Shown here piece by piece: positions 34,308-45,417 of a DNA stretch of 64,000 bases (its first letter is position 1; the number at the start of each line of letters is the position of its first letter). Under the pieces are notes generated by a model. The model saw only the letters and a program-made list of their open reading frames with translations. It had not been told where the DNA came from and did no database searches. The DNA is from an uncultured Clostridia bacterium (GTDB lineage: Bacteria; Bacillota; Clostridia; Oscillospirales; Butyricicoccaceae): assembly GCA_945947915.1 (NCBI GenBank), contig CAMEZQ010000001.1, forward strand, positions 31,493 through 95,492. Reading direction: 5' to 3'. The translations under genes were made by a program, and so were the position numbers.

Positions 34308-35318
34308 ATGGATGGTTATGCAAAACTGATCGAAGAATACAGGGGCGGCCTTTTGGAAAACACCCATTACGGCTATATCTGCGTGGTCGACCGGGATTCC
34401 AACGTGCTGTACAGTGCCGGCGATATCAATACCAAGGTCTACTACCGTTCGGCCTCCAAGCCGGTGCAGGCGCTGCCCACCATCGCCCTGGAGCTGGACC
34501 GCAAATACGGCCTGACCGAAGCCGAGTGCGCCGTCATGGCTGGGTCCCATACAGCCCAGGACGTTCATGTGGCGGCGCTGGAGGGGATCCTGCACAAGGC
34601 CGGACTGCGGGAGGAGGATCTCATTATGAATCCCACGGTGCCCGCCGATACGGAGAGCAACGAAAACCGCATCCGCGCCGGCATCCCGCCCCGCAGGATC
34701 TATCACAACTGTTCGGGCAAGCATCTCTCCCTCATGCTGCTTCAGCGCCATCTGACCGGATCGGTGAAGGATTATCACCGCATCGATTCGCCGGCCCAGC
34801 AGACCGTGCTGGCCGCCATGGCATCGGCCAGCGAGGTGGAGAAGGAGCAGGTCACCATCGGCATCGACGGCTGCGGCGTGCCGGTCTTTGCCGTGCCCAT
34901 CAAAAACATCGCCTGCGCCTTTAAAAATCTGGCCTGCCCCGAAAAGATGCCCGACGCCCGCCTGGGGGCGGCGGCTGCCCGCTTCGTGCCCATGATCAAC
35001 CGCAATCCCATCATGCTGCGGGGCCGTGGGTTTATCTGCGGCAACATCAACCGCGATCCCAACCTCATCGGCAAGGGCGGCGCCATGGGTGTTTACGGCA
35101 TCGGCATGAAGAAGGAGGGGCTGGGCATCAGCCTCAAGATCGCCGACGGCACCGATTACCTCTGGCCCTTCCTCATCGCCGGCATCTTCCGCGAGCTGGG
35201 GTACAGCCGGCAGGAGACCTATGATATGCTGCTGGGCCTCAACAGCGGCATCATCAAAAACGACAACGGCCTGGTGGTGGGCGAGGCCAGAAACGTCTTT
35301 ACGCTGCAGAGGGCCTGA
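34308..35318 (+). CDS. Asparaginase_II-family (Rhizobium-type L-asparaginase-like) protein
   Basis: ENTHYGYICVVD...YYRSASKPVQALP and NCSGKH motifs as I recall for PF06089. Start set at MDGYAKL. Confidence 0.6.
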   Translation: MDGYAKLIEEYRGGLLENTHYGYICVVDRDSNVLYSAGDINTKVYYRSASKPVQALPTIALELDRKYGLTEAECAVMAGSHTAQDVHVAALEGILHKAGLREEDLIMNPTVPADTESNENRIRAGIPPRRIYHNCSGKHLSLMLLQRHLTGSVKDYHRIDSPAQQTVLAAMASASEVEKEQVTIGIDGCGVPVFAVPIKNIACAFKNLACPEKMPDARLGAAAARFVPMINRNPIMLRGRGFICGNINRDPNLIGKGGAMGVYGIGMKKEGLGISLKIADGTDYLWPFLIAGIFRELGYSRQETYDMLLGLNSGIIKNDNGLVVGEARNVFTLQRA

Positions 35319-35321
35319 GCC

Positions 35322-36110
35322 ATGGCCAGAACCTTTCAGGATCGCCGCGTGCTCATCACCGGGGGCGCCGGCGGCATCGGCCGTGCTCTGACGCTGGCCT
35401 TTGCCCGGCAGGGGGCCCAGGTCTTTTTCGTCGATGTGGACGAAACGGGCGGCAGGGAGACCGCCGTGGCCGCCGGCGGAAACTGCCGGTTTATTTTGGG
35501 AGATATTACCGAAAAGGATGTCCTGCAGCGGGTATTCGATATTGTTTCGGCTGGTGGGAAGCTGGATATCCTCGTCAATAACGCCTGCGTCAGCCGCGGC
35601 GGCATTTTGAGCGGCTGCACTTATGAGGACTTCAATTATGTCCTGCGGCTGGGTGTGACGGCGCCCTATATGCTGGCCAGCCTTTTCCGCGATCACTTCG
35701 CCGCCGGCGCCTCCATCGTCAATATCTCCTCCAGCCGCCATCTCATGTCCCAGGCCGACACCGAGAGCTACACGGCGGCCAAGGGCGGCATCGCGGCGCT
35801 GACCCACGCTTTGAGCGTCAGCCTGCGAGGGGTCGCGCGGGTCAATTCCATCTCGCCCGGCTGGATCGAGACCGGCGGCTGGCACCACGGCGAAGCCGGC
35901 TTCGCGCCCGACTATACGCCGGGCGACAAGCTGCAGCATCCGGTGGGCCGGGTGGGCCGCCCCGGCGATATCGTGGGCGCTGTGTTCTTCCTCTGCTCGC
36001 CGGCGGCGGGATTTATCACCGGGCAGGATCTGGTGGTCGACGGCGGCATGACCCGCCAGATGATCTATCATAACGATATGGGGTGGAGCTATGATCCCGA
36101 GCAGCAGTGA
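35322..36110 (+). CDS. Short-chain dehydrogenase/reductase
   Basis: ITGGAGGIGRA and SYTAAKGG (YxxxK). Confidence 0.88.
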   Translation: MARTFQDRRVLITGGAGGIGRALTLAFARQGAQVFFVDVDETGGRETAVAAGGNCRFILGDITEKDVLQRVFDIVSAGGKLDILVNNACVSRGGILSGCTYEDFNYVLRLGVTAPYMLASLFRDHFAAGASIVNISSSRHLMSQADTESYTAAKGGIAALTHALSVSLRGVARVNSISPGWIETGGWHHGEAGFAPDYTPGDKLQHPVGRVGRPGDIVGAVFFLCSPAAGFITGQDLVVDGGMTRQMIYHNDMGWSYDPEQQ

Positions 36111-36663
36111 GATTTCCGATATCCGCGCCCAAAAGGCGGCGCTGCGAAAAGAGATCCGCGCCCGGCGCCGGGCGCTGGATGCCGAGGCGCGAAAGGCATG
36201 GGACGCCTCCATCACAGCAAAGGTGCTGGCCCTGCCGGCCTACCAGGAGGCAAAGACGGTCTTTTGCTTTATTTCCTATGGCGGCGAGCCGGAGACCCGC
36301 GCCATCCTGCGGGAGGCACTGGCTGCCGGCAAACGGCTGGCTGTACCCCGCTGCCTGTCTGACGGCATCATGGAGGCCGTATGCATCGATGGCTTTGATG
36401 GGCTGACGCCCGGTATGTACGGTATTCCCGCGCCCCGGGAGGACCTGCCGGCCATTTCTTTCGACGAGATCGATTTTGCCCTGGTGCCGGCGCTGGCTTA
36501 TACGGCGGCAGGCGACCGGCTGGGGCAGGGAGGCGGCTATTACGACCGGTTTATGGAAAAAACGAACGCCTTTACCTGCGGCGTCTGCTACCGCCGCTTC
36601 CTGCTGGACAGCATCCCGGTGGAACCCTTTGACCGACGGCCAAAGCTGGTGATTTGTGAATAA
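36091..36663 (+). CDS. 5-formyltetrahydrofolate cyclo-ligase
   Basis: LGQGGGYYDRF signature, 190 aa. Overlaps the SDR gene by 20 nt and lies adjacent to glyA. Confidence 0.88.
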   Translation: MIPSSSEISDIRAQKAALRKEIRARRRALDAEARKAWDASITAKVLALPAYQEAKTVFCFISYGGEPETRAILREALAAGKRLAVPRCLSDGIMEAVCIDGFDGLTPGMYGIPAPREDLPAISFDEIDFALVPALAYTAAGDRLGQGGGYYDRFMEKTNAFTCGVCYRRFLLDSIPVEPFDRRPKLVICE

Positions 36664-36687
36664 TTGCTCAAAACCGGCCGGAATGGC

Positions 36688-36717
36688 TTGACCAAACCGT
36701 GCAAACTGGTATATGAT
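36688..36717 (+). promoter_or_regulatory. Sigma-A promoter of glyA
   Basis: TTGACC (36688-36693), 18-nt spacer, TATGAT (36712-36717). Confidence 0.5.
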
Positions 36718-36797
36718 ATAAGCAGTTGTTTTTTGTCCGTTCCGGACTGTTTAAGAAAAACGAATCACTGGAAAAAAGAATCAGGAGGTCACGCGCC

Positions 36798-38054
<1,257 letters not shown>

Positions 38055-38072
38055 TCTTTTGACAATATCCAC

Positions 38073-38106
38073 AAAAGCCATACCCGGAAAAGGGTATGGC
38101 TTTTGT
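38073..38106 (+). terminator. Intrinsic terminator after glyA
   Basis: AAAAGCCATACCC-GGAAAA-GGGTATGGCTTTT, 13-bp stem. Confidence 0.85.
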
Positions 38107-38168
38107 GCGCATTACCGGAGAATACCGGCAAAATAAATGAACGGATTGTAAATATTGGAAATTATCGG

Positions 38169-38197
38169 TTGACATTATGTGCAGCCGTCCATATAAT
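38169..38197 (+). promoter_or_regulatory. Consensus sigma-A promoter of MarR-ABC operon
   Basis: TTGACA (38169-38174), 17-nt spacer, TATAAT (38192-38197). Confidence 0.75.
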
Positions 38198-38206
38198 TAA
38201 AATAAA

Positions 38207-38240
38207 TTAGCTAAATATTTTAGCTAAAGGGGTTAGCTTA
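38207..38240. promoter_or_regulatory. Three TTAGCT(A/T)A palindromic boxes (candidate MarR operator)
   Basis: TTAGCTAA at 38207 and 38220, TTAGCTTA at 38233, with exact 13-bp phasing. They sit between the -10 and the marR start codon, and the last box overlaps the ATG. Confidence 0.55.
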
Positions 38241-38662
38241 TGAGATATTCAAAAGCAGCGGAGGAATTGTATGATCTGGGCCTGCAGGCCAACCGCACCG
38301 TCGAGTACGGTCTGGCGGGTCACACGGCCAAAATGGAAACTTTCATTCTTTGGTATCTTTCAAGGAATGACAACCGTGCCTTTCCAAAGGATCTGAGCCG
38401 GAGTATGGCGGCCAGCACCGCCCATGTTTCCACGGTCCTGCGGGGATTGGAAAGAGACGGTTATATCACAAGGGAGACCGACCCTTCGGACTGCCGCCGG
38501 GTCATTGTGCATCTGACCGAGCGCGGACTGGAAAAAAACCGGCAGCTCAAGGCGGCGCGGATCGAAAAGATCGGCGCCATGCTGGAGGTGCTGACGCCCG
38601 AAGAGGTCGATACCTATATCCGGCTCCGGAAAAAACTGCTGTCCGGAGCTATGAAAGAATGA
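38240..38662 (+). CDS. MarR-family transcriptional regulator
   Basis: Winged-helix segment LSRSMAASTAHVSTVLRGLERDGYITRETDPSDCRRVIVHLTERG. Confidence 0.9.
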   Translation: MRYSKAAEELYDLGLQANRTVEYGLAGHTAKMETFILWYLSRNDNRAFPKDLSRSMAASTAHVSTVLRGLERDGYITRETDPSDCRRVIVHLTERGLEKNRQLKAARIEKIGAMLEVLTPEEVDTYIRLRKKLLSGAMKE

Positions 38663-38734
38663 TCCCGCCGGCGGTTTGAGTTCGGCCGATGCACGGGCTG
38701 TGGACGGGGTCATGGATACTGGAAAGGAGCAAAC

Positions 38735-39721
38735 ATGAAGAAGTTCACGGCAATCGTGCTGTGTCTGCTGTGCTGCCTGTCACTGGCGGCCTGCGGCAGC
38801 CAGTCGGGAGGGGAGACCGTCAATATTTATTCCGCCAATTACGAAGATGAGATCGCCATTGAGCTGGAATATCTGAAAGAGAAGTTTCCCGATTACGAAA
38901 TCACCATCACCTATCTGTCGTCGGGCAAGCTGGCGGCCAAGCTGATGGCCGAGGGCGCCGATACGGAGGTCGACATTGCCATGTCGCTGTCCAGCGGCTA
39001 TGCCAGCCAGCTCAAGGAAGCCGGCCTGCTGCGCGCTTTCGACACGGAACTGACCTACAAGGACGGCTTTGCCGATCCCGACGGCCAGATCCATCCCAAC
39101 GGCGTCTGGGCCGGCGCCATCGTGGTCAACACCGATGTGCTGGCCAAAAAGGGGCTTGCCGCCCCCGCTTCCTACGCCGAGCTGATCGACCCTGCCTATC
39201 GCGGCATGATCGTTATGGCCGACCCCTCCAGCTCGTCGACGGGCTACTTCTTCCTGCACGGCCTGCTCAATCTTTACGGCGAGGAGGAAGGCTGGGCGTA
39301 TTTCGACGCGCTGCAGGAGAATATCATGCTCTTCACCGAATCGGGCTCCACACCGGTCTCGATGGTCGAGCGCGGCGAAGCGGCCATAGCGCTGGGCATC
39401 GACTACCAGGCCATGGAGCTGCTGGACGCCACCAGCCCGGTGGAGGTCGTATTTGCCGCCGAGGGCGCGCCCTACGACTATGATACGGCGCTGCTGATCG
39501 AGCGGAAAGAGGCGCCTTCCCAGGCTGTCCTCGATGTCATGGCGGCCATCACGTCGGCCGAGGGAAACGCCGTATTCAACAACTATAATCTTTCGGTGGT
39601 GGAAGGCGAAGACACCGCCGAGGGATACCCCGAAGGGTTCTATCTGATGGATATGACCGGCATTTCCGACCCCGACCGCAAGGCTGAGGTGCTGCAGCAG
39701 TGGAGCGCACGCTATGAGTAA
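38735..39721 (+). CDS. ABC importer substrate-binding lipoprotein (Fe3+/thiamine FbpA/TbpA-type)
   Basis: Lipobox LSLAAC, 328 aa, type-II SBP pattern (SSGKLAAKLMAEG). Followed by an ATPase and a double-domain permease. Confidence 0.75.
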   Translation: MKKFTAIVLCLLCCLSLAACGSQSGGETVNIYSANYEDEIAIELEYLKEKFPDYEITITYLSSGKLAAKLMAEGADTEVDIAMSLSSGYASQLKEAGLLRAFDTELTYKDGFADPDGQIHPNGVWAGAIVVNTDVLAKKGLAAPASYAELIDPAYRGMIVMADPSSSSTGYFFLHGLLNLYGEEEGWAYFDALQENIMLFTESGSTPVSMVERGEAAIALGIDYQAMELLDATSPVEVVFAAEGAPYDYDTALLIERKEAPSQAVLDVMAAITSAEGNAVFNNYNLSVVEGEDTAEGYPEGFYLMDMTGISDPDRKAEVLQQWSARYE

Positions 39722-40478
39722 CTACAAGCCTTATCTTTCGGTGGATGGGCTGGAAAAATCCTTCGGTGCCCACAAGGTGTTTGAAAACATCTGTTTTGAT
39801 ATCCAGCAGGGAGAGTTCATCTCCCTGCTGGGACCCAGCGGCTGCGGCAAGACGACGCTGCTGCGCTGCCTGATGGGGCTGGAGATGCCCGACAGCGGCC
39901 ACGTCTTTCTGGAAGACCGGGAGATCACCCGCCAGCGCTGTGACAAGCGCGGTTTTTCCATCGTCTTTCAGGATTACGGCCTTTTTCCCCATATGACCAT
40001 TTTTGACAACGTCGCATATCCGCTGCGACTGCAGAAGATGCCGCGGGAACAGATCCGCAGCCGGGTCAACGAGGCACTGGCATCTCTGGGACTGGAGGAA
40101 GCGGCCAAAAAATCACCGGCCCAGCTTTCGGGCGGCATGCAGCAGCGGGCGGCCATTGCCCGTTCGCTGGTCACGGGCAGCAAGCTGCTGCTGCTCGACG
40201 AGCCCTTTTCGGCATTGGACGCCATGGTCAAGGTGGAGCTGAGCGACGAGCTGAAAAGCCTGCAGCGGCGCTTCGGCATCACCATGCTGATGGTCACCCA
40301 CGACCAGATCGACGCCATTTCGCTCAGCGACCGCATTCTTCTGATGAACGAGGGGCATATCGTGGCAGACGACAGTCCGGGCGAGCTTTACCGGACGGCC
40401 GACACCGGCTTTGCCAAGAGCTTTTTCGCCGACCAGATCGACCGCCGGGTCCATCACGCGATGCAGCTCCGGAGGTGA
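39714..40478 (+). CDS. ABC transporter ATP-binding protein
   Basis: Walker A GPSGCGKTT, signature LSGGMQQR, Walker B LLLLDEP. Confidence 0.93.
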   Translation: MSNYKPYLSVDGLEKSFGAHKVFENICFDIQQGEFISLLGPSGCGKTTLLRCLMGLEMPDSGHVFLEDREITRQRCDKRGFSIVFQDYGLFPHMTIFDNVAYPLRLQKMPREQIRSRVNEALASLGLEEAAKKSPAQLSGGMQQRAAIARSLVTGSKLLLLDEPFSALDAMVKVELSDELKSLQRRFGITMLMVTHDQIDAISLSDRILLMNEGHIVADDSPGELYRTADTGFAKSFFADQIDRRVHHAMQLRR

Positions 40479-40482
40479 GCGT

Positions 40483-42096
40483 ATGGAAAAAAGCAAGAGA
40501 CCTCTGCCGCGGCGAACAGGCAGCCGTATGATCCTGCTGCCGCTGCTCCTGCTGGGCGCTTTCGCGCTGGTCAATCTGGTGCTGCCGCTCTGTACGCTGT
40601 TGGGCCGGTCGGTCGATTATGAGCCCTTCTGGGGCGGCTTTGCCCGGGTATTGCGCGGCACCACGGCCCGGCAGGCCGTTTTCAACTCCCTCTGGATCGC
40701 CTTCGTATCGGCAGCGCTGTCGGTGGCCTGCGCGTATTTTTACGCCTACATCGTGGAGTTCAAGCTGCACGGCCGGATGCAGCGGGCCTTCCGGCTGATC
40801 TCTATTCTGCCCATGCTGGTGCCCAGCGTCACCCACGGCATCGTCATCACCTATCTGTTCGGCAAAGCCGGCATCTTCACCAGCCTGCTTGGGCTGCAGG
40901 TGGATATCTACGGCCCGCTGGGCATCATCATCGGCAGCTTTTTCTACAGCTTCCCGGCGGCTTTTCTGATCTTCAGCCAGGCCTTCGCCAGCCTGGACGG
41001 CCGCCTTTTCGACAATACCCGCGCGCTGGGCGTCGGGCCGGTGCGCCGATTCTTCGACATCACGCTGCCCCTGACCCGCTATTCCATCTTTTCGGCCATG
41101 GCTGTCTGCTTTACCATGGTGTTCACCGATTACGGCGTGCCTCTTTCGGTGGGCGGCACCTATCCCATCCTGCCGGTGCTTTTTTATAAAAACGTCATCG
41201 GCCGTCTGGATTTCGACACCGGCGCCATCTACAGCGTGCTGCTGCTGGTGCCGGCGGTGCTGGTCTATCTGCTGGATATCCTCTGGTTCAGCAAAAAACA
41301 GGCTTCCACGGAAAATACCCGGCGTCTGGAGACCGGGCGCTTTCATATTTTGCAGAAGCTTGGATTCGTGCTGCTGACGACGGCCGTTGCTTTGTGCATC
41401 CTGGTCATCGTGCTGGTGCCTTTTGCCAATAACTGGCCTTACGATCCCAGCTTCACGCTGCGCCATTTCGCCGTCATTCTGCGCAACGGCAAGCTGATGC
41501 GCCTTTTGCGCACATCGCTTCTGGTGGCGCTGGGCACGGCCCTGGGCGGCACGGCCATTGCCTTTACCGCCGGGTATCTCTATGTGCGCGGCTCTGGCCA
41601 GCAGGGGGTACGCAAGGTGATCCATGGGCTGTACACGGCTACGCTGGCCATCCCCGGCCTGGCGCTGGGCCTGGCCTTTGCGCTTTTCTTCAAGGGAACG
41701 GCGGTATATAACACGCTGGTCATCCTGGTGGCTGTCAATATCATGCATTTTTTCGGCTCGCCCTATATGATGACCATCAGTCATTTCCGCCTGCTCGATC
41801 CCGACCTGGAGGACATCTGCAAGAGTCTGGGCGCCGGGCCGGTGCGCACTTTTACCGATGTCATCCTGCCGGCCAGCCGCCGCCTGCTCGTCGATGTATT
41901 TTCCTATTTTTTCACCAACGCCATGATCACCATTTCGGCGGTCTCCATGCTTTATACGGCCCGGACCATGACGCTGGCTGTGCAGGTGACGGCCTTTAAC
42001 GACCAGGGCGCCTACGAAAGCGCCGTGGCCGTGTCGCTGGTCATTTTGTGCATCAACATTCTGATGAAGCTGCTGCAGAACCGCAGGGCCAAATAA
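40483..42096 (+). CDS. ABC transporter permease, duplicated (FbpB/ThiP-type) membrane domain
   Basis: 537 aa with about 12 TM helices and two EAA-like regions. ATG at 40483 follows GGAGGTGAG. Confidence 0.85.
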   Translation: MEKSKRPLPRRTGSRMILLPLLLLGAFALVNLVLPLCTLLGRSVDYEPFWGGFARVLRGTTARQAVFNSLWIAFVSAALSVACAYFYAYIVEFKLHGRMQRAFRLISILPMLVPSVTHGIVITYLFGKAGIFTSLLGLQVDIYGPLGIIIGSFFYSFPAAFLIFSQAFASLDGRLFDNTRALGVGPVRRFFDITLPLTRYSIFSAMAVCFTMVFTDYGVPLSVGGTYPILPVLFYKNVIGRLDFDTGAIYSVLLLVPAVLVYLLDILWFSKKQASTENTRRLETGRFHILQKLGFVLLTTAVALCILVIVLVPFANNWPYDPSFTLRHFAVILRNGKLMRLLRTSLLVALGTALGGTAIAFTAGYLYVRGSGQQGVRKVIHGLYTATLAIPGLALGLAFALFFKGTAVYNTLVILVAVNIMHFFGSPYMMTISHFRLLDPDLEDICKSLGAGPVRTFTDVILPASRRLLVDVFSYFFTNAMITISAVSMLYTARTMTLAVQVTAFNDQGAYESAVAVSLVILCINILMKLLQNRRAK

Positions 42097-42125
42097 AAAA
42101 ACGCAGGCGCGCGCCTGCGTTTTTT
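42095..42125. terminator. Bidirectional intrinsic terminator
   Basis: AAAAAACGCAGGCGC/GCGCCTGCGTTTTTT palindrome. Confidence 0.85.
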
Positions 42126-42138
42126 ATGGGGTAAAAAA

Positions 42139-42888
42139 TTATTGATAGATGCCGGCTGTGACGAAGATGCGGCCTTTTTTGGAGCGGCCGTCGGAGGAGA
42201 GGATACGCGCCTTGCCGTGATGGCGGAGGGAAAGGATATCGCCCTCGCACACCGGCGCGTCTTTGTCCAGGCATGGAAAGTAATTGAGCGTCACCTCGCC
42301 CTGCTGGAACAGGGGCTGGCAGGCGCTGCGGGAGATGCGGAAGATACCGGAGACCACGGCGTCGGCCCGCATGGACTGGACGGTGAAGGTGACTTCACGC
42401 AAGTCGGCCGCGAAGGACGGCAGGCTGTCCAGCGTCACTTCAGAAAGAGAAACGCCGCCGCGGCCCACCCGTACCAGCGAATCGAGCACATGGGGCGTGA
42501 TGGCCGGCGTCAGGAAAAAATAGCCTGCGCCATCCCGCAGCAGGATGTCGCCGATACACTCCCGCTCGATGCCAAGATTCATCAGCGCGCCCAGGTAATC
42601 CCGGTGGGTGGGGGCCGCAAAGGGCGTCTGGGCCCGGATGGCCCGGAGATATGGGGAGGGATCAAAACTGCCGGCGTCCAGATAATCGGGCAGGAAGAAG
42701 GCCATGCGCCGCTCGGCATCGGGCCAGCCGCCGAAAAAATACGGCGTGCATCCCCATTGGCGGCGGGCGGCCTCCAGAGCCTCGGCCTGCTCACGGGGCG
42801 TGAGAAAGGCGGTGTTGGTAACGATGTTTTTGTTGACGCAGCGGGTATAAAGGTCCCGCAGCCGGGGAAAGATCTGACTCTCTTCCAT
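42139..42888 (-). CDS. ylmH: YlmH-like S4-domain RNA-binding protein
   Basis: NTAFLTPREQ...FFGGWPDAERRMAFF and the C-terminal S4 segment RADAVVSGIFRISRSACQPLFQQGEVTLNY. Confidence 0.82.
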   Translation of the reverse strand: MEESQIFPRLRDLYTRCVNKNIVTNTAFLTPREQAEALEAARRQWGCTPYFFGGWPDAERRMAFFLPDYLDAGSFDPSPYLRAIRAQTPFAAPTHRDYLGALMNLGIERECIGDILLRDGAGYFFLTPAITPHVLDSLVRVGRGGVSLSEVTLDSLPSFAADLREVTFTVQSMRADAVVSGIFRISRSACQPLFQQGEVTLNYFPCLDKDAPVCEGDILSLRHHGKARILSSDGRSKKGRIFVTAGIYQ

Positions 42889-43122
42889 ACATAGCCCTCC
42901 GGATCAGAAAGAAACCGACGGTTCCGCGGCGCGCTGATACGGCAGACGCAGATCCCGTGGGGATAATTTATTTTACCATAAAAAGGCGCGAGGAGAAAAG
43001 GGCGTTTTCAGCGGGACGACATTTTTAAAAAAGTGTCGTTATACATCAGACGAAATGATTTGGTATAATCGATATGAAACATTTATGCGGAACGGTCGTT
43101 TTGAGGAAAGGAACGGAGGACT

Positions 43123-43692
43123 ATGGATCGGCAGTCGGTGAATCAGGATACAAAAACGCGCATTGCAGAGTGTTTTAAAGCGTTGGTGGTGGAAAAGGGA
43201 TTTGAAAAGCTCAAGGTGCGGGAGATCACCGACCGCGCAGGTCTGACCCGCCCGACCTTTTATACATATTTTAAAGATAAATACGAGATCATTGAATATA
43301 TTTTTGAAACGGAAGTGGCCGAGCCGGTGCGGCCCTTCCTGGACAAGGGCTTTTTGCGGGAATCGGTTTTGTACTTTCTGGTGCAGCTGGAAAAGGATAA
43401 GGCCTTTTACCGGGAGATCGCGCAGTTTGAAGGCCAGAATTCTTTCGCCGACTGTCTGCGTCGCACGGCCGTAGACGGCGTCCGGCGCTATATGGGAGAT
43501 AAGATCAAAAGCCAGGAGCGCGGATTATATACCACCGAGAATATGGCCCGGTATTTCAGTGCCATGGTGGAGTTTATCGTCGTGCGCTGGCTGCGGCAGC
43601 GGGATCCGGAGCTGACCACCAACATGGCCATGGAGATCTATGACCTGCTGATGATGAAGAGCCCGTATGATCTGCTGAATGGCAATATCTGA
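43123..43692 (+). CDS. TetR/AcrR-family transcriptional regulator
   Basis: N-terminal HTH segment KVREITDRAGLTRPTFYTYFKDKYEI. Confidence 0.9.
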   Translation: MDRQSVNQDTKTRIAECFKALVVEKGFEKLKVREITDRAGLTRPTFYTYFKDKYEIIEYIFETEVAEPVRPFLDKGFLRESVLYFLVQLEKDKAFYREIAQFEGQNSFADCLRRTAVDGVRRYMGDKIKSQERGLYTTENMARYFSAMVEFIVVRWLRQRDPELTTNMAMEIYDLLMMKSPYDLLNGNI

Positions 43693-43772
43693 TCCCAGCT
43701 GTCAGCGTTGGGTACTGCCGGGCATTTTTGTGCCGAGGCGGCTGGAAAGCCGGCGTAAAATATGACAAAAAG

Positions 43773-43809
43773 GCAGGACTGTCGTTTGGATCGGCAGTCC
43801 TGCTTTTTT
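43773..43809 (+). terminator. Intrinsic terminator after TetR gene
   Basis: GCAGGACTG...CAGTCCTGC followed by a T6 run. Confidence 0.75.
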
Positions 43810-43905
43810 GTCGTTTGCCGGCAGACAGATGACATCTTCTGCATATTTCTTCCGGCTCGCTTGTAGGATAAGATGAATACAGATACAGAAATGGAGGCAG
43901 AAAAC

Positions 43906-45324
43906 ATGACAACCAAGGAGAAAGCCGAACGCGCGCTGGCAGGCAAGGCCCTGGACGGCGTGCTTGGATATATCAACCGGGACAGGCGGAACAACCTGCT
44001 CAAGCTGGTCGACGTGGCCGAGAAGATCGCCGGCGATATGTTCGCGCCGGAATCCTATGCGGGTGCCCGGGAGCTGATCCGGGAACAGGATGGCAAATGG
44101 ATCGGATATGTCGACCGGATCCTGGATGAGCTGGACCCGCAGGTCATTCGCATGACGGCCCTGAACCTGGGCTATCAGGCGGCTTATCTGGGGACCAAAA
44201 CCATCCGGGAAAAGCGGGCCGAGCATCAGTGCAATATACCCTGGCTCATTCTGATGGACCCCACCAGCGCCTGCAATATGCACTGCACCGGCTGCTGGGC
44301 CGCCGAATACGGTCACAAGCTCAATCTGACGCTGGAGGAGATGGACAGCATCGTCACCCAGGGCAAAGAACTGGGCATTTATTTTTATATGTTTACCGGC
44401 GGCGAGCCGCTGGTGCGGAAGGCCGATCTGATCCGGCTGTGTGAGCGTCATCCGGAATGTGCCTTCCACGCCTTTACCAACGGCACGCTCATCGACGACG
44501 CTTTCTGTGCCGAGATGCGCCGAGTGGGCAATTTTTCCGTTTCGGTCAGCCTGGAGGGGTTTGAAGCGGAAAACGACGCCCGCCGTGGCGCCGGCAACTT
44601 CCGGGCCGTGATGGACGCCATGGCGCGCATGAAACGCCACGGTCTGCTCTTCGGCGCTTCCATCTGCTATACGCGGCAGAACATCGACGCCGTCACCTCC
44701 GACGCCTTCCTGGATCAGATCGTCGACGCTGGCTGCCGGTTTGCCTGGTATTTCCACTATATGCCGGTAGGCAGCGAGGCCGCTGTCGAGCTGCTGCCCA
44801 CGCCGGAGCAGCGGGAATACATGTATCACCGGGTGCGTGAGATCCGCGGACGCAGCGGCGGAAAGCCGATCTTTACGATGGATTTTCAGAACGACGGCGA
44901 GTTTACCGGCGGCTGTATCGCCGGCGGACGCAATTTCCTGCATATCAACGCGGGCGGCGACGTTGAGCCCTGCGTTTTCGTCCATTATTCCAGCGCTAAT
45001 ATACGGGAGGTCTCTCTGCTGGAGGCGCTCAAGCAGCCCCTGTTTATGGCCTACCGCGACGGACAGCCCTTCAATGGCAATCATCTGCGGCCCTGTCCCA
45101 TGCTGGAAAACCCCGAGCATCTGCTGCGTATGGTCCAGAAGACCGGCGCCCATTCCACCGACCTGCAGTCGCCCGAAGCCGTAGAAGATCTGTGCGGCAA
45201 ATGCCGCGCCTATGCGGAAGGCTGGCGTCCGGTGGCCGAACGGCTGTGGCAGGAAAATCCCCATTATGTCGAGCGGTATGAAAACTACAAAAAAGTCTAT
45301 ACGCAGGCAAAATCGGAAGAATAG
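43906..45324 (+). CDS. Radical SAM protein with C-terminal auxiliary Cys-rich (twitch/SPASM-like) region
   Basis: CNMHCTGC (CxxxCxxC), GGEPL, GGCIAGGRNFLHINAGGDVEPCVF. Start set at MTTKEK, 12 nt after GGAGG. Confidence 0.85.
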   Translation: MTTKEKAERALAGKALDGVLGYINRDRRNNLLKLVDVAEKIAGDMFAPESYAGARELIREQDGKWIGYVDRILDELDPQVIRMTALNLGYQAAYLGTKTIREKRAEHQCNIPWLILMDPTSACNMHCTGCWAAEYGHKLNLTLEEMDSIVTQGKELGIYFYMFTGGEPLVRKADLIRLCERHPECAFHAFTNGTLIDDAFCAEMRRVGNFSVSVSLEGFEAENDARRGAGNFRAVMDAMARMKRHGLLFGASICYTRQNIDAVTSDAFLDQIVDAGCRFAWYFHYMPVGSEAAVELLPTPEQREYMYHRVREIRGRSGGKPIFTMDFQNDGEFTGGCIAGGRNFLHINAGGDVEPCVFVHYSSANIREVSLLEALKQPLFMAYRDGQPFNGNHLRPCPMLENPEHLLRMVQKTGAHSTDLQSPEAVEDLCGKCRAYAEGWRPVAERLWQENPHYVERYENYKKVYTQAKSEE

Positions 45325-45356
45325 CCGAATGCTCTGTCTCCTGCTTTCATAAAATC

Positions 45357-45403
45357 AAAACGCCGGCGGCCCGGAGGAATTTCTCCGGGCCGCCGGCGTT
45401 TGT
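45357..45403. terminator. Bidirectional intrinsic terminator (18-bp stem)
   Basis: AACGCCGGCGGCCCGGAG-GAATTT-CTCCGGGCCGCCGGCGTT with A/T-rich flanks. Confidence 0.8.
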
Positions 45404-45417
45404 ACGGCTGTAAAGAG

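Noticed and set aside
34233-36215. 660-aa minus-strand ORF.
   Set aside because: It is antisense to the asparaginase_II-like and SDR genes. It is low-complexity with no SD at its start.
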